Shown here piece by piece: positions 39,973 through 48,200 of a DNA stretch of 64,000 nucleotides (positions within the stretch are counted from its first letter, which is position 1; each line of letters begins with the position of its first letter). Both the position numbers and the translations under genes were made by a program. The notes beneath the pieces were generated by a model, which did no database searches, was not told where the DNA came from, and saw nothing but the letters and a program-made list of their open reading frames with translations. This DNA is from an uncultured Acidobacteriota bacterium (lineage in GTDB: Bacteria > Acidobacteriota > Blastocatellia > RBC074), in assembly GCA_963800895.1 (NCBI GenBank), contig CAWDDA010000015.1, positions 152,994 to 216,993 of the forward strand. Direction: 5' to 3'.

Positions 39973-40062
39973 CCTGGGAACGCTGGCCTCTGGCCGGCGT
40001 TCTTTCTGGATCACGCGCCGGCCAGGGGCCAGCGTTCCCAGGGCAAGCTAAAGCTTGAACTC
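39973..40062. repeat. Family-C palindrome + family-A half element
   Basis: The family-C arms are CCTGGGAACGCTGGCCTCTGGCCGGCG (39973-39999) and CGCCGGCCAGGGGCCAGCGTTCCCAGG (40016-40042). GCAAGCTAAAGCTTGAACTC follows at 40043-40062. Confidence 0.9.
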
Positions 40063-40070
40063 AAAACCGG

Positions 40071-40397
40071 TCATCGAAACCGGATCTGAACTCGGTTGGA
40101 GAGTGTGCCGTCCACCTGAATATACAGTTCCAGTATGCCTTTGCCTGACAATGACTGTGGCAAAGCGAGATTAACCTGGTCAAGGCCGTCGAACGCACCC
40201 TGGTTGCCTGAGTAATTGACGGAAAGCTCGTCAACTCCAGCGAATGCTCGAACCTCACCTCTCGCGCCTCGGATCCCTGTTCCAAACAGAACGAGGAACG
40301 CGCTTCCAGTGTCATTGTCAACCTGTATTGGAACCGCTTCCCACAGATTGCGCTCACCTTCGAACCTTGCAACCGGCGTCCATGCCCTCAGTTCCAT
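40071..40397 (-). CDS. C-terminal fragment of giant secreted protein (end of TIGR03437-like domain)
   Basis: LVLFGTGIRG...VNYSGNQGAFDGLDQVNLALPQSLSGKG...VDGTLSNRVQIRF matches the pattern of the Solibacter-type uncharacterised C-terminal domain. Confidence 0.6.
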   Translation of the reverse strand: MELRAWTPVARFEGERNLWEAVPIQVDNDTGSAFLVLFGTGIRGARGEVRAFAGVDELSVNYSGNQGAFDGLDQVNLALPQSLSGKGILELYIQVDGTLSNRVQIRFR

Positions 40398-42168
40398 CCG
40401 ATGACACGGTCACGACGAAGGCCGCAGGAGGCCCCTCACCCGTCGATGACACAGTAAAGAATGCAGGTGCTACATTCTCCACCGGGACTACGCCTCTCGC
40501 GACAACATCGTCGTCTTGAACGATCTCGATCGTTGCCATGCCGAGTGCCGTATCGGACGGAACAATGTAATTGATCTGTGTTGGAGACACAAAGACGAGT
40601 GACGCGAAGCGCTGGACACCGAGCCCATCTCGCACTCGCAAGCGCGCGCCGGCTAGCTCAGTCTTAAGCTCGATTGACGATCGGGCTAGAGTCTCTGCTA
40701 CTAATCCTGAGCCAAAGGCTGTCGCGAGACTGCCAGGTGCAACCTCTGCAAGACCCGGATCAGCCGCTGAAACGGTGACCAGCGTCTTTGTATTTTCCGA
40801 TGCACCCGCGCTGAAGGCAGCACGAACAGTTGAAGCATCCACGGTTACTGCTTCACGCGCGATGGGCTCATCGCCGAACCCGATGACAAACGGATTTGCC
40901 TGTTCGCGTACTCGCGTGAATTGCAGATCGACAATGTTCTGTCGGCCCGGTGCGATAGTTGCACCTGGCGCCAGGACAAGCGCAACACCGATCCGTCCCT
41001 CTGATGCACGAGTTCTATTGAGGAGGACTTGTGCACTTGTGATCGGTGAAGATGCGCCAGCGAAGCTCCAATCGCGCGGGTCGAAATTGATACTCCACCC
41101 GAGCGAGTTTTCGTCGCCGTTGGCATTGAGCGAGATCGATGCGACACGAGCGTCTCCGTTACGATAAGGCCGAAGCTCGCCATCGATACGGCTTACGCGA
41201 CCTTCCTGACGAGCTGAGCTCCCACGTCCGGAAAGGCTCGAACTGGCCGCAGCTGAGGCAGCGCCGGCGGGCCCGCCAGCCGTTGTTACGGGATCAAGTC
41301 CGGTAGCAAAGCGCCCGGCCTGAACATAATCTGCGAGACTGACAGAGTTGTCTCCTTTTGTATCTCTCGGAGCACAGTCAGCGCGCCTAAACTCTGCGCC
41401 AGCAGCCGGCGTATCGAGTCCGATTGCGAATCGTCCAATCTGTACAAAGTCCTGAAGATTGACAGTGCCGTTGTTCTTTCCATTTGGTCGCGGCGTAACG
41501 TCCGCTTCATAGCCGCCAGTTGAAATACTCAAACTCCCGCCATTGAATGTGGTTCCTGCCGTAAGACTGCTCGCGTCCGCGCCAACAACCTGGCGCGTAA
41601 TCGGCTGGTCGCCCACTGCGAGTGAGGCAGACGTGGCAGTAGTGTTCGCTACCATAAAGGTGACGGTAGCGAGTTGTCGGTTGCCTGTGGGGAAGGACTG
41701 TCCCTGATCCACAGTGGCGGCAAGTCCTACGCGACCCTGTGCAGCCTGGTTTTCGTTCCTGAGCAATGCAGTTGCATCAGAACCCCTGGCCGAACTCTGA
41801 TAAGTAAGAATGGCCGGGTCAAAGACAACGCTCAATCCGACAGTGTTTTCGTTTCCAAGCGCGGACATTTCAATTGGCACCGTGACACTGCTTCCGGGGC
41901 TGCCGTTCGAGTTTGCTATCCGCACCGACTCTTCCGTTCGGAACCGGAGTGGGAGTCGGTGAGGGTGTCGGTGTCGGTGTCGGACCCGGAGTTGGCGTCG
42001 GTGTTGGACCGGGAGTTGGCGTCGGCGTTGGGCCCGGCGTCGGAGTAGGTGTTGGAGTTGGCGTCGGTTGATTTGAAAGCAACGTGCGATGCGGTCCGCC
42101 GCCTTCTGTACCGATGTACAGATAGCCATTCTGCACTGCAAATGTATTGACGTTGAGCCCAAAGCCAC
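40354..42168 (-). CDS. Middle fragment of giant secreted protein: cohesin-like / dockerin-like pair / cohesin-like / TIGR03437-like start
   Basis: The real coding part starts at about 41940, after the PT linker. The first cohesin-like segment is SPGSSVTVPIEMSALGNENTVGLSVVFDP. Two dockerin-like repeats read ADVTPRPNGKNNGTVNLQDFVQIGRFAIGLD and DCAPRDTKGDNSVSLADYVQAGRFATGLD. A second cohesin-like segment follows, then VAPGSLATAFGSGL...VSPTQINYIVP. Confidence 0.6.
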   Translation of the reverse strand: MALGSTSIHLQCRMAICTSVQKAADRIARCFQINRRQLQHLLRRRAQRRRQLPVQHRRQLRVRHRHRHPHRLPLRFRTEESVRIANSNGSPGSSVTVPIEMSALGNENTVGLSVVFDPAILTYQSSARGSDATALLRNENQAAQGRVGLAATVDQGQSFPTGNRQLATVTFMVANTTATSASLAVGDQPITRQVVGADASSLTAGTTFNGGSLSISTGGYEADVTPRPNGKNNGTVNLQDFVQIGRFAIGLDTPAAGAEFRRADCAPRDTKGDNSVSLADYVQAGRFATGLDPVTTAGGPAGAASAAASSSLSGRGSSARQEGRVSRIDGELRPYRNGDARVASISLNANGDENSLGWSINFDPRDWSFAGASSPITSAQVLLNRTRASEGRIGVALVLAPGATIAPGRQNIVDLQFTRVREQANPFVIGFGDEPIAREAVTVDASTVRAAFSAGASENTKTLVTVSAADPGLAEVAPGSLATAFGSGLVAETLARSSIELKTELAGARLRVRDGLGVQRFASLVFVSPTQINYIVPSDTALGMATIEIVQDDDVVARGVVPVENVAPAFFTVSSTGEGPPAAFVVTVSSDGTEGMDAGCKVRR

Positions 42169-43003
42169 TCAATCCTGTACTGACGGATTCCCAGGAGTCG
42201 CCATTGTTCAGACGTCCGCCACACTCCAGCTTCGGTTGCGGCGAGCAGCTCGTTGCCATTGATGAAGAACTCACGGACATGAGCGCAAGACCAGTCAATC
42301 CCTGACTTGCCTTCTCCCACGATGCAGCGTTGTTGCTCGAGCGAAAGATACCGTCGTGACCTCCACCAGCAAAGAGATAGGGTCCGAACCTGATGAACGC
42401 ATTGACCCGCGCGGCAACGAGGCCGTTGTTGATTGCCGTCCAGGTGAGACCATTGTCAGTTGAGCGGCCTGCGCCGTTGACTTCGAGCCCGACGTATACA
42501 GCTGAGCCATCAACGTAGAATCCAACCGCTCCGTCTGAGATTAGTCCCAGGTGTGATCGAGTCCAGTTGAACCCTCCGTCTGTGCTTCGAAAGATTCCAA
42601 ACGATGTGCCAACTAGAATGGACCCGTCTGGCGTATATGTGAACTTGTACGCGAATGGTACGGTACCGACATTATTCACAAGTCCCGCGCTTGTTTGGAC
42701 GAGCGCGAGATCATCGAACGCAGTGCGCCACACGCCCGAAGGCGTACCGATGAGCAGTGAAGTGGGTGTTTCAAGAAAACCGTACTGGTGGCGATTATCT
42801 CGATTAGTACCCGTTAGAACGTCAGTCCAGTTGGTCCCGCCGTCATCTGTATAGTAGAGGCTGAAACCGCCAGTAGCGGCAAACAGTCGATTCTGCCGGA
42901 CATGGAGATCGCGCATCTGGAGACCAGGTCCGAAGAGAGTCGTGCCAACGCGCTGCCACGAGTAGACGGCAGCGGCATTGCCGCGCGCGCGAGAGCTCAA
43001 CAT
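41870..43003 (-). CDS. N-terminal fragment of giant secreted protein: BNR/Asp-box beta-propeller + Pro-Thr linker
   Basis: The Asp-box repeats are TDDGGTNW, STDGGFNW, STDNGLTW, SSNNAASW and NNGDSW. A (PT)n/GPTPTPTP linker follows. The true N-terminus (TM/signal AILTIIVISAATALMIV, ORF 42843-43118) is in another frame across a CGCGCGCGCG run near 42985. Confidence 0.65.
   Translation of the reverse strand: MLSSRARGNAAAVYSWQRVGTTLFGPGLQMRDLHVRQNRLFAATGGFSLYYTDDGGTNWTDVLTGTNRDNRHQYGFLETPTSLLIGTPSGVWRTAFDDLALVQTSAGLVNNVGTVPFAYKFTYTPDGSILVGTSFGIFRSTDGGFNWTRSHLGLISDGAVGFYVDGSAVYVGLEVNGAGRSTDNGLTWTAINNGLVAARVNAFIRFGPYLFAGGGHDGIFRSSNNAASWEKASQGLTGLALMSVSSSSMATSCSPQPKLECGGRLNNGDSWESVSTGLSGFGLNVNTFAVQNGYLYIGTEGGGPHRTLLSNQPTPTPTPTPTPGPTPTPTPGPTPTPTPGPTPTPTPSPTPTPVPNGRVGADSKLERQPRKQCHGAN
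41947..42070. repeat. Low-complexity Pro-Thr linker coding repeat
   Basis: GGTGTCGGTGTCGG/GGAGTTGGCGTCGG-type iterations encode PTPTPTPGPTPTP on the minus strand. Confidence 0.8.
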
Positions 43004-43326
43004 ATCCTGGAACGATCATGAGAGCTGTCGCGGCTGAAATAACGATTATTGTGAGTATTGCTTTGTTAAGGAGAAGTGTATGGATCAGGCGGCGTGTAAG
43101 ATCACGGCAAAATGTCATTGCAAATCCCTTTTTTGGGGTTGGAGATGAGTCGCGAGCTCAAGACTATCTGGCTCGCGACTCGATAAAGTCCGACTGTTGT
43201 GTGCAGCACGCACACCTTGGAGTTCGACCCAGGAAAAAGCATCGATCACCTATCCCAGACAAGGTTGGGTGTGAGGTAAAGACCCACTAGATTTTGTTGT
43301 ATCCGTGCGAGAAGGTACTATAGATG

Positions 43327-44231
43327 CTACTTTGTGTCAATGAGGAAATCGGGATAAAGTCTTTTCCTCGCAATTAGCGAGCGGGCGAATCCCAGCAGTT
43401 GCTCAAAGATTTCGGCATAGAACTCTGACGGAAAGCGCTCCCTCAGCAAACGCTTAGCGAACCCATCCCCGCCCAGGGCAATCGCGCCGTGTAATTTGTT
43501 GGCTGTCTTTGGCACCTGAGCGTAATCACGAACAAGAGGCAGTCCAGGGTCTAAAATTAGCTTCGCAGAAATGCAAAGCAATTCCGGGCGGTGTTTGGCC
43601 AGTGCGTCGACCAGTGTGAAAAAGGGCGTGTTGGGTCCCAGGTTGATCACGTCCCAGCCATCAGCCTCAAGCAATGAATGCAAGAGGTGGATCGGCAACT
43701 CATGAAGGTATACCTCAATTCCACAAATCAAGGACTATGGTATGGCTAGGGAGGCGACACATGGATCACGCTGCGTAACTTCTAAATGGAGGTAATTGCC
43801 GTTTGTGAAGCAAGATGTTCGTCAGGACGATAGTCAGCTCGCCGCGATACCAGAGGTCACCGACTCGATGCATGGCCTTGGTGATCGCTCGATCAAACAG
43901 TGAGACTAAACTCTGGCCATGCAAATAAGCGCTGATCAAGCGTGGCAGCCGTCTCCTCTTCGTCACCCTCGGTCAGATGCCGAAACAACAGAGCGGGCGA
44001 AACCTCTGCTCGAAATGCTGCCTTGCTGGCCGCAGGAGGGGGGACTTGCTGAGTCGGGGCTACCCCGCGCTGCCGCTGAAACCGCGCAATCTCTGCCAGA
44101 CCGAAGCGCCGATGGCCCCCGACAGTCTTTGCAGATTGGATCACGCCGTGGTCAGCCCAGCGCTTTACTGTCGCCTCGCTGACGCTTAGCAACCTGGCTA
44201 CTTCTTGAGTCGTAAGTGCAGTGCCCGCCAT
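43327..44231 (-). pseudogene. CarH/LitR-like regulator (excisionase/MerR-type HTH + B12-binding domains), broken into >=3 frames
   Basis: The HTH is LTTQEVARLLSVSEATVKRWADHG...GGHRRF. The B12-binding-2-like segment is RVGDLWYRGELTIV followed, in another frame, by DEHLASQTAITSI. The Rossmann-like B12 domain is GIEVYLHELPIHLLHSLLEADGWDVINLGPNTP. Stops occur in all frames between 43731 and 43800. Confidence 0.6.
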
Positions 44232-44305
44232 TTGTCCCGTCCGTCTGATACTATATCAGAAAGCGCTCATTTCGACCACTAGAATGATTATCAGTAGTGC
44301 ATTGC

Positions 44306-44334
44306 TTGACACGGTGGGAAGGCCGATCTATATT
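44306..44334 (+). promoter_or_regulatory. Near-consensus sigma-70 promoter (TTGACA-N17-TATATT)
   Basis: TTGACA lies at 44306-44311, the spacer is exactly 17 nt, and TATATT lies at 44329-44334. It sits in the divergent region between the CarH-like gene and the fasciclin genes. Confidence 0.5.
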
Positions 44335-44337
44335 TGC

Positions 44338-44364
44338 AAATCGCTCAAATCGCTCACCTCGCTC
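44338..44364 (+). promoter_or_regulatory. Three tandem 9-bp direct repeats at the predicted transcription start (candidate operator)
   Basis: AAATCGCTC AAATCGCTC ACCTCGCTC lies immediately downstream of the -10 element. Confidence 0.35.
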
Positions 44365-44454
44365 ATAAGAGGGGGCGTCTGAAATTGGGGCGATTAGGAT
44401 GCGGAACTACAAACAGGCTCCCGAGAGAGCCACAACCAAGGGAGAAAGATAGTC

Positions 44455-45017
44455 TGATCATCAAATCAATCAACTCTGCACTGAAACACGGGGTCAACTT
44501 TGCGGTTGCGCTGTCTCTATTAATTGCCGTCGCCGTGGGCCCGAATGTAGCTGCCGCTGCAAACGGGACCGCCATTAAGAAATCGGACAAGGCCCTCTCG
44601 GCCGACATCGTGGACACGGCTGTGGCAGCCGGAAATTTCACCACCCTGGCCAAAGCGCTTGAAGCCGCCGGCCTGATCGACGCTTTGAAGGGCGAAGGGC
44701 CTTTCACTGTGTTTGCACCAACCGACGCAGCATTTGCCCAAACTTCCAGCCGGCACGGTTGCTTCTCTGCTCAAGGCTGAGAACAAGGAAAAGCTGAAGG
44801 CGATTCTGGTTTATCACGTGAGTCTCTGGCAAGGTCACTGCCGCGGACGTTATGAAACTCAATGGCAAGTCGGTCAAGACCCTGGCGGGCAGAAATGGTC
44901 AAGGTGAACACGAAAAACGGCGTGCGGGTGGACAACGCCAACGTGACGCAAACCGACATCGAGGCTTCGAACGGCGTGATTCACGTGATTGACACTGTGT
45001 TGATGCCAAAAATGTAA
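44455..45017 (+). pseudogene. Fasciclin (FAS1) domain protein, >=3 frameshifts
   Basis: The pieces, spread over three frames, are [92 protein letters not shown] and [39 protein letters not shown]-stop. The 5' boundary is approximate. Confidence 0.65.
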
Positions 45018-45118
45018 GAGGAGCTATGTGCCGGCAGTCGGCTGGACTTCGGCATCCCGCTCACTTACCAAGCCGTATTCAAAACTAAGGAAGGCTATGG
45101 AAAAAGAAAATTGACATT

Positions 45119-45529
45119 GTGGAAACCGCGATTGCAGCGGGAAACTTTTCGACCCTGGCAACGGTACTGACAGCCGCAGGCCTGGTCGAGACGCTAAAAG
45201 GCGACGGACCGTTCACTGTGTTTGCGCCGACCGACGAGGCTTTCGCAAGATTGCCGCAACAGACTCTGAGTGACCTACTCAAACCAGAGAACAAAGAAAA
45301 GCTGACGGCAATACTTACTTATCACGTCGTGCCGGGCAAGATCACGGCGAGTCAAGTGGCCAGCATCAGCAAAGCGATGACGGTCCAGGGCCAATCGCTC
45401 AAGGTTGATACCAATGATGGTGTCAAAATTGACAACGCTAAGGTAATTGCCGCTGACGTCGAAGCGAGCAATGGCGTTATTCATGTCATCGACACGGTTC
45501 TGCTGCCTACCACCGCAGCTACCGGATAA
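45119..45529 (+). CDS. Fasciclin (FAS1) domain protein
   Basis: The 136-aa intact ORF contains [20 protein letters not shown] and [14 protein letters not shown]. The start is GTG 45119, or ATG 45097 if one A in the A-run is spurious ([12 protein letters not shown]...). Confidence 0.8.
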   Translation: METAIAAGNFSTLATVLTAAGLVETLKGDGPFTVFAPTDEAFARLPQQTLSDLLKPENKEKLTAILTYHVVPGKITASQVASISKAMTVQGQSLKVDTNDGVKIDNAKVIAADVEASNGVIHVIDTVLLPTTAATG

Positions 45530-45795
45530 GCGGTTACGGGCAAAGGGGAGGGAGGAGGCCGCGGCGCTTCAGGGAACGACGCGCCGCGGCCTACATCAAA
45601 CGACACTCTCAGCAGGAGGTGAAGAGCGAACATGTTCAAAGAGTCTGACGTATCGATTCTCAACGCCGCGTCTATTTCTTTTCTTTTCTTGGTGTCTACT
45701 CTAGTTTGGCGTATCTGGAGACCCAGCTTGAAAGGGCTGGGGAGTACTCAAGATCGTGTGACAGCTGACTTGCATAACGAAATTTGGAGCATATT

Positions 45796-46339
45796 ATGCT
45801 ACTAAGACTATTCGCGATTCTACTTATGTACAGGATTATCACAGCTAACAAATCTACAGGAGACATTTAAAACATCTAAACTACAGACCACATCCATGAG
45901 TTGATCTGGCACGTTATGCAGGACGCTGGTACGAAATCGCGCGCCTGCCCAATGGTTTTCAAAAAGAAGTGTGCTGGTGGAATCTCTGCCACCTATAAAC
46001 TGTTGTCCCGATGGGAAGGTCGCAGTGATCAAATGAATGCCGCAACGGTTTCGGCCGGGATGCAGCCAAGAGCAAAGGGCACGGCCGAGATTGCTGACAA
46101 GAAATCAAATGCCAGAATCGGAAAGATGACTTTCTTCTGGCCTTTCTATGGCGACTACTGGATTCTCGACCTGGGACCAAACTACGAATATGCGGTCGTG
46201 GGCGAGCCGAAGCGGCGCTATCTTTGGATACTCAGCCGGACGCCTCAGATTAACGATGCGCTTTATCAAGAAGTTACTCGCCAAGATGGCTAACCAGGGC
46301 TTTGACACCGGCCGCGTGGTCAAGACGCTGCAGCCCTAG
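45796..46339 (+). pseudogene. Bacterial lipocalin (Blc-like), multiple frameshifts
   Basis: The pieces, in different frames, are VDLARYAGRWYEIARLPN, QKKCAGGISATYKLL, DGKVAVI, MTFFWPFYGDYWILDLGPNYEYAVVGEPKRRYLWILSRTP and GFDTGRVVKTLQP. ATG 45796 has a GGAG RBS and a signal-like start. Confidence 0.6.
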
Positions 46340-46374
46340 CAGTCAAAGAGCCCGCGCTAAATGAGAATAATGCA

Positions 46375-47852
46375 TTGAAGAATCACTCTATTCTGCTTAC
46401 TGGGGCAACGGGTTACGTAGGTGGTCGGCCTACTGAAGGTGCTAGAGACACAGGGCCATACTCTAAACTGTATCGCGCGCACTCCAATGTATTTGCGGTC
46501 GCGTGTAACGCCAACGACGAGGGTTTTCGCCGCGGATGTGCTCGACAAAGAATCTTTCAGGCCAGCGTTAATCAGGAATGGATACAGCGTATTACCTGAT
46601 CCATTCGTTGGGTGAGTCGAAAGGATTTCGAGGAGCAAGAGAAAATCGGCGCGCAAAACTTCGCCGCAGTGGCCCGGGAGTCTGGCGTCGGGCGCATTAT
46701 CTATCTTGGCGGGATGGGCAACGAGCGGGAAGAATTATCACCACACCTTCGCAGCCGGCATGAGGTAGGAAGAATCCTGCGCGACTCAGGCGTGCCGACG
46801 CTGGAGTTTCGCGCTTCAATCGTACTGGGATCCGGAAGTCTTTCTTTTTGGAGATGATCCGGGCCTTGACCGAGCATCTACCGGTAATGGTCATGCCGCG
46901 TTGGGTTTCGGTTCTGGCCCAGCCGATTGGAATTCAGGACCTGATTAGTTATCTGGTGCAGGCGCTCGATATTCCGATCGAGGCGAGCGAGGTTGTGGAG
47001 ATCGGCGGCGCCGATCAACTCTCTTACCGCGAACTGATGAAAGAGTACGCCCGCCTGAGAAATTTGAAGCGGGTGATGATACCTTTGCCAGTGCTCACTC
47101 CGCGGCTCAGCAGTCTGTGGTTGGGTTTCGATTACTCCCCTCTATGCGCGCGTCGGACGAAAGCTGATCGAGAGCATCAAACATCCAACCATCGTTACCA
47201 GCAATCGCGCCCACGAATTATTTGCATTGCAGCCCAGCGGAGCGGCGCAGGCTATGCAAGCCGCGCTGGAGAACGAGGATCGAAAGTTCGCGGAGACGCG
47301 TTGGTCTGATTCGCTGTCGGCCAGCGGCACTCCCAGGAGTTATGGCGGTTACCAGTTCGCCAGCCGGTTGATTGACTACCGGGAGAAACATGTTGATGCC
47401 ACGCCCGAGCTGACTTTCCAGGTCATCGAAAGTATTGGAGGCAACAAAGGCTGGTTTGGGTACGATTTCCTCTGGCGTCTGCGAGGTTTAATTGATCTGC
47501 TATTTGGCGGGGTTGGGATGAGAAGGGGCAGACCGCTGCATCGCCATCTCAGGCCTGGAGATGCTTTGGACTTCTGGCGCGTTGAAGAATTTGAGCGGCC
47601 TCGCAAGTTCGCTTGCTGGCCGAGATGAAGGTTCCGGGCCGAGCCTGGCTGGAGTTCGTGGTGGAACCAGAGGTTGGCGGATCAGTCATTCGGCAAACCG
47701 CCATCTTTGACCCCAGCGGGCTCTTCGGTCGGCTCTACTGGTACACCGTCTACCCGCTGCATGCCCTGGTATTTCAGGATATGGTCGACTCGATCGCCAG
47801 GCGCGTAATGCGTCTACCCAAAGCGCAACCTGTCGCTGGTCAAACCGCTTAA
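46375..47852 (+). pseudogene. NAD(P)-binding SDR/NmrA-like protein with DUF2867-like C-terminus, ~6 frameshifts
   Basis: The collinear pieces are ILLTGATGYVGGR, LLKVLETQGHTLNCIART, DTAYYLIHSLG, GVGRIIYLGGMG...LEFRASIVLGSGSLSF, VMVMPRWVSVLAQPIGIQDL, PLYARVGRKLIESIKHPT, GNKGWFGYDFLWRLRGLIDLL and MKVPGRAWLEFVVEP. They are spread over all three frames. Confidence 0.6.
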
Positions 47853-47867
47853 TTGTCCTTTTGCGGA

Positions 47868-47999
47868 TTAACTTACGCTCTTACAACAGGTGCTGTCAGT
47901 CAGTTTTCTAGGACCACTTCTAGAGATAGCCTTATGGAACAGAGAGACGTGCGAAAGAAACTGCATGATTTGAGCGAATACGGTTTGTCCTTGGCTCAC
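47868..47999 (-). mobile_element. Remnant of an IS4-family (DUF4372-type N-terminus) transposase gene
   Basis: The 43-codon ORF MSQGQTVFAQIMQFLSHVSLFHKAISRSG... resembles the conserved N-terminus GKTVFAQLM.FLP..EFRKCV.RY.G of DUF4372-containing IS4-like transposases. The rest of the gene is absent, and the surroundings are AT-rich. Confidence 0.4.
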
Positions 48000-48200
48000 G
48001 GCACTCCCCTCAACGGGAATACTCGCCGGGTAAGACCCGAATAACCAGGAAAATACTTCAAATCGTAGAAACTCATTTTGGCCAGTTTCTTACGCGTTAT
48101 CATACGGTTACAGCTCTTTGCGAAACGTTTAACCGGACAGTAGTGATGACAAATAATGACAAATCTCAAGTGGAATAGGACAAATGTAAATTGGGTAGGG

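Noticed and set aside
41947-42070. The GGTGTCGG-type iterations as a non-coding satellite or VNTR
   Set aside because: They are the coding sequence of a Pro-Thr interdomain linker on the minus strand. However, they may be a slippage-prone site that contributes to the frame break at about 41935.
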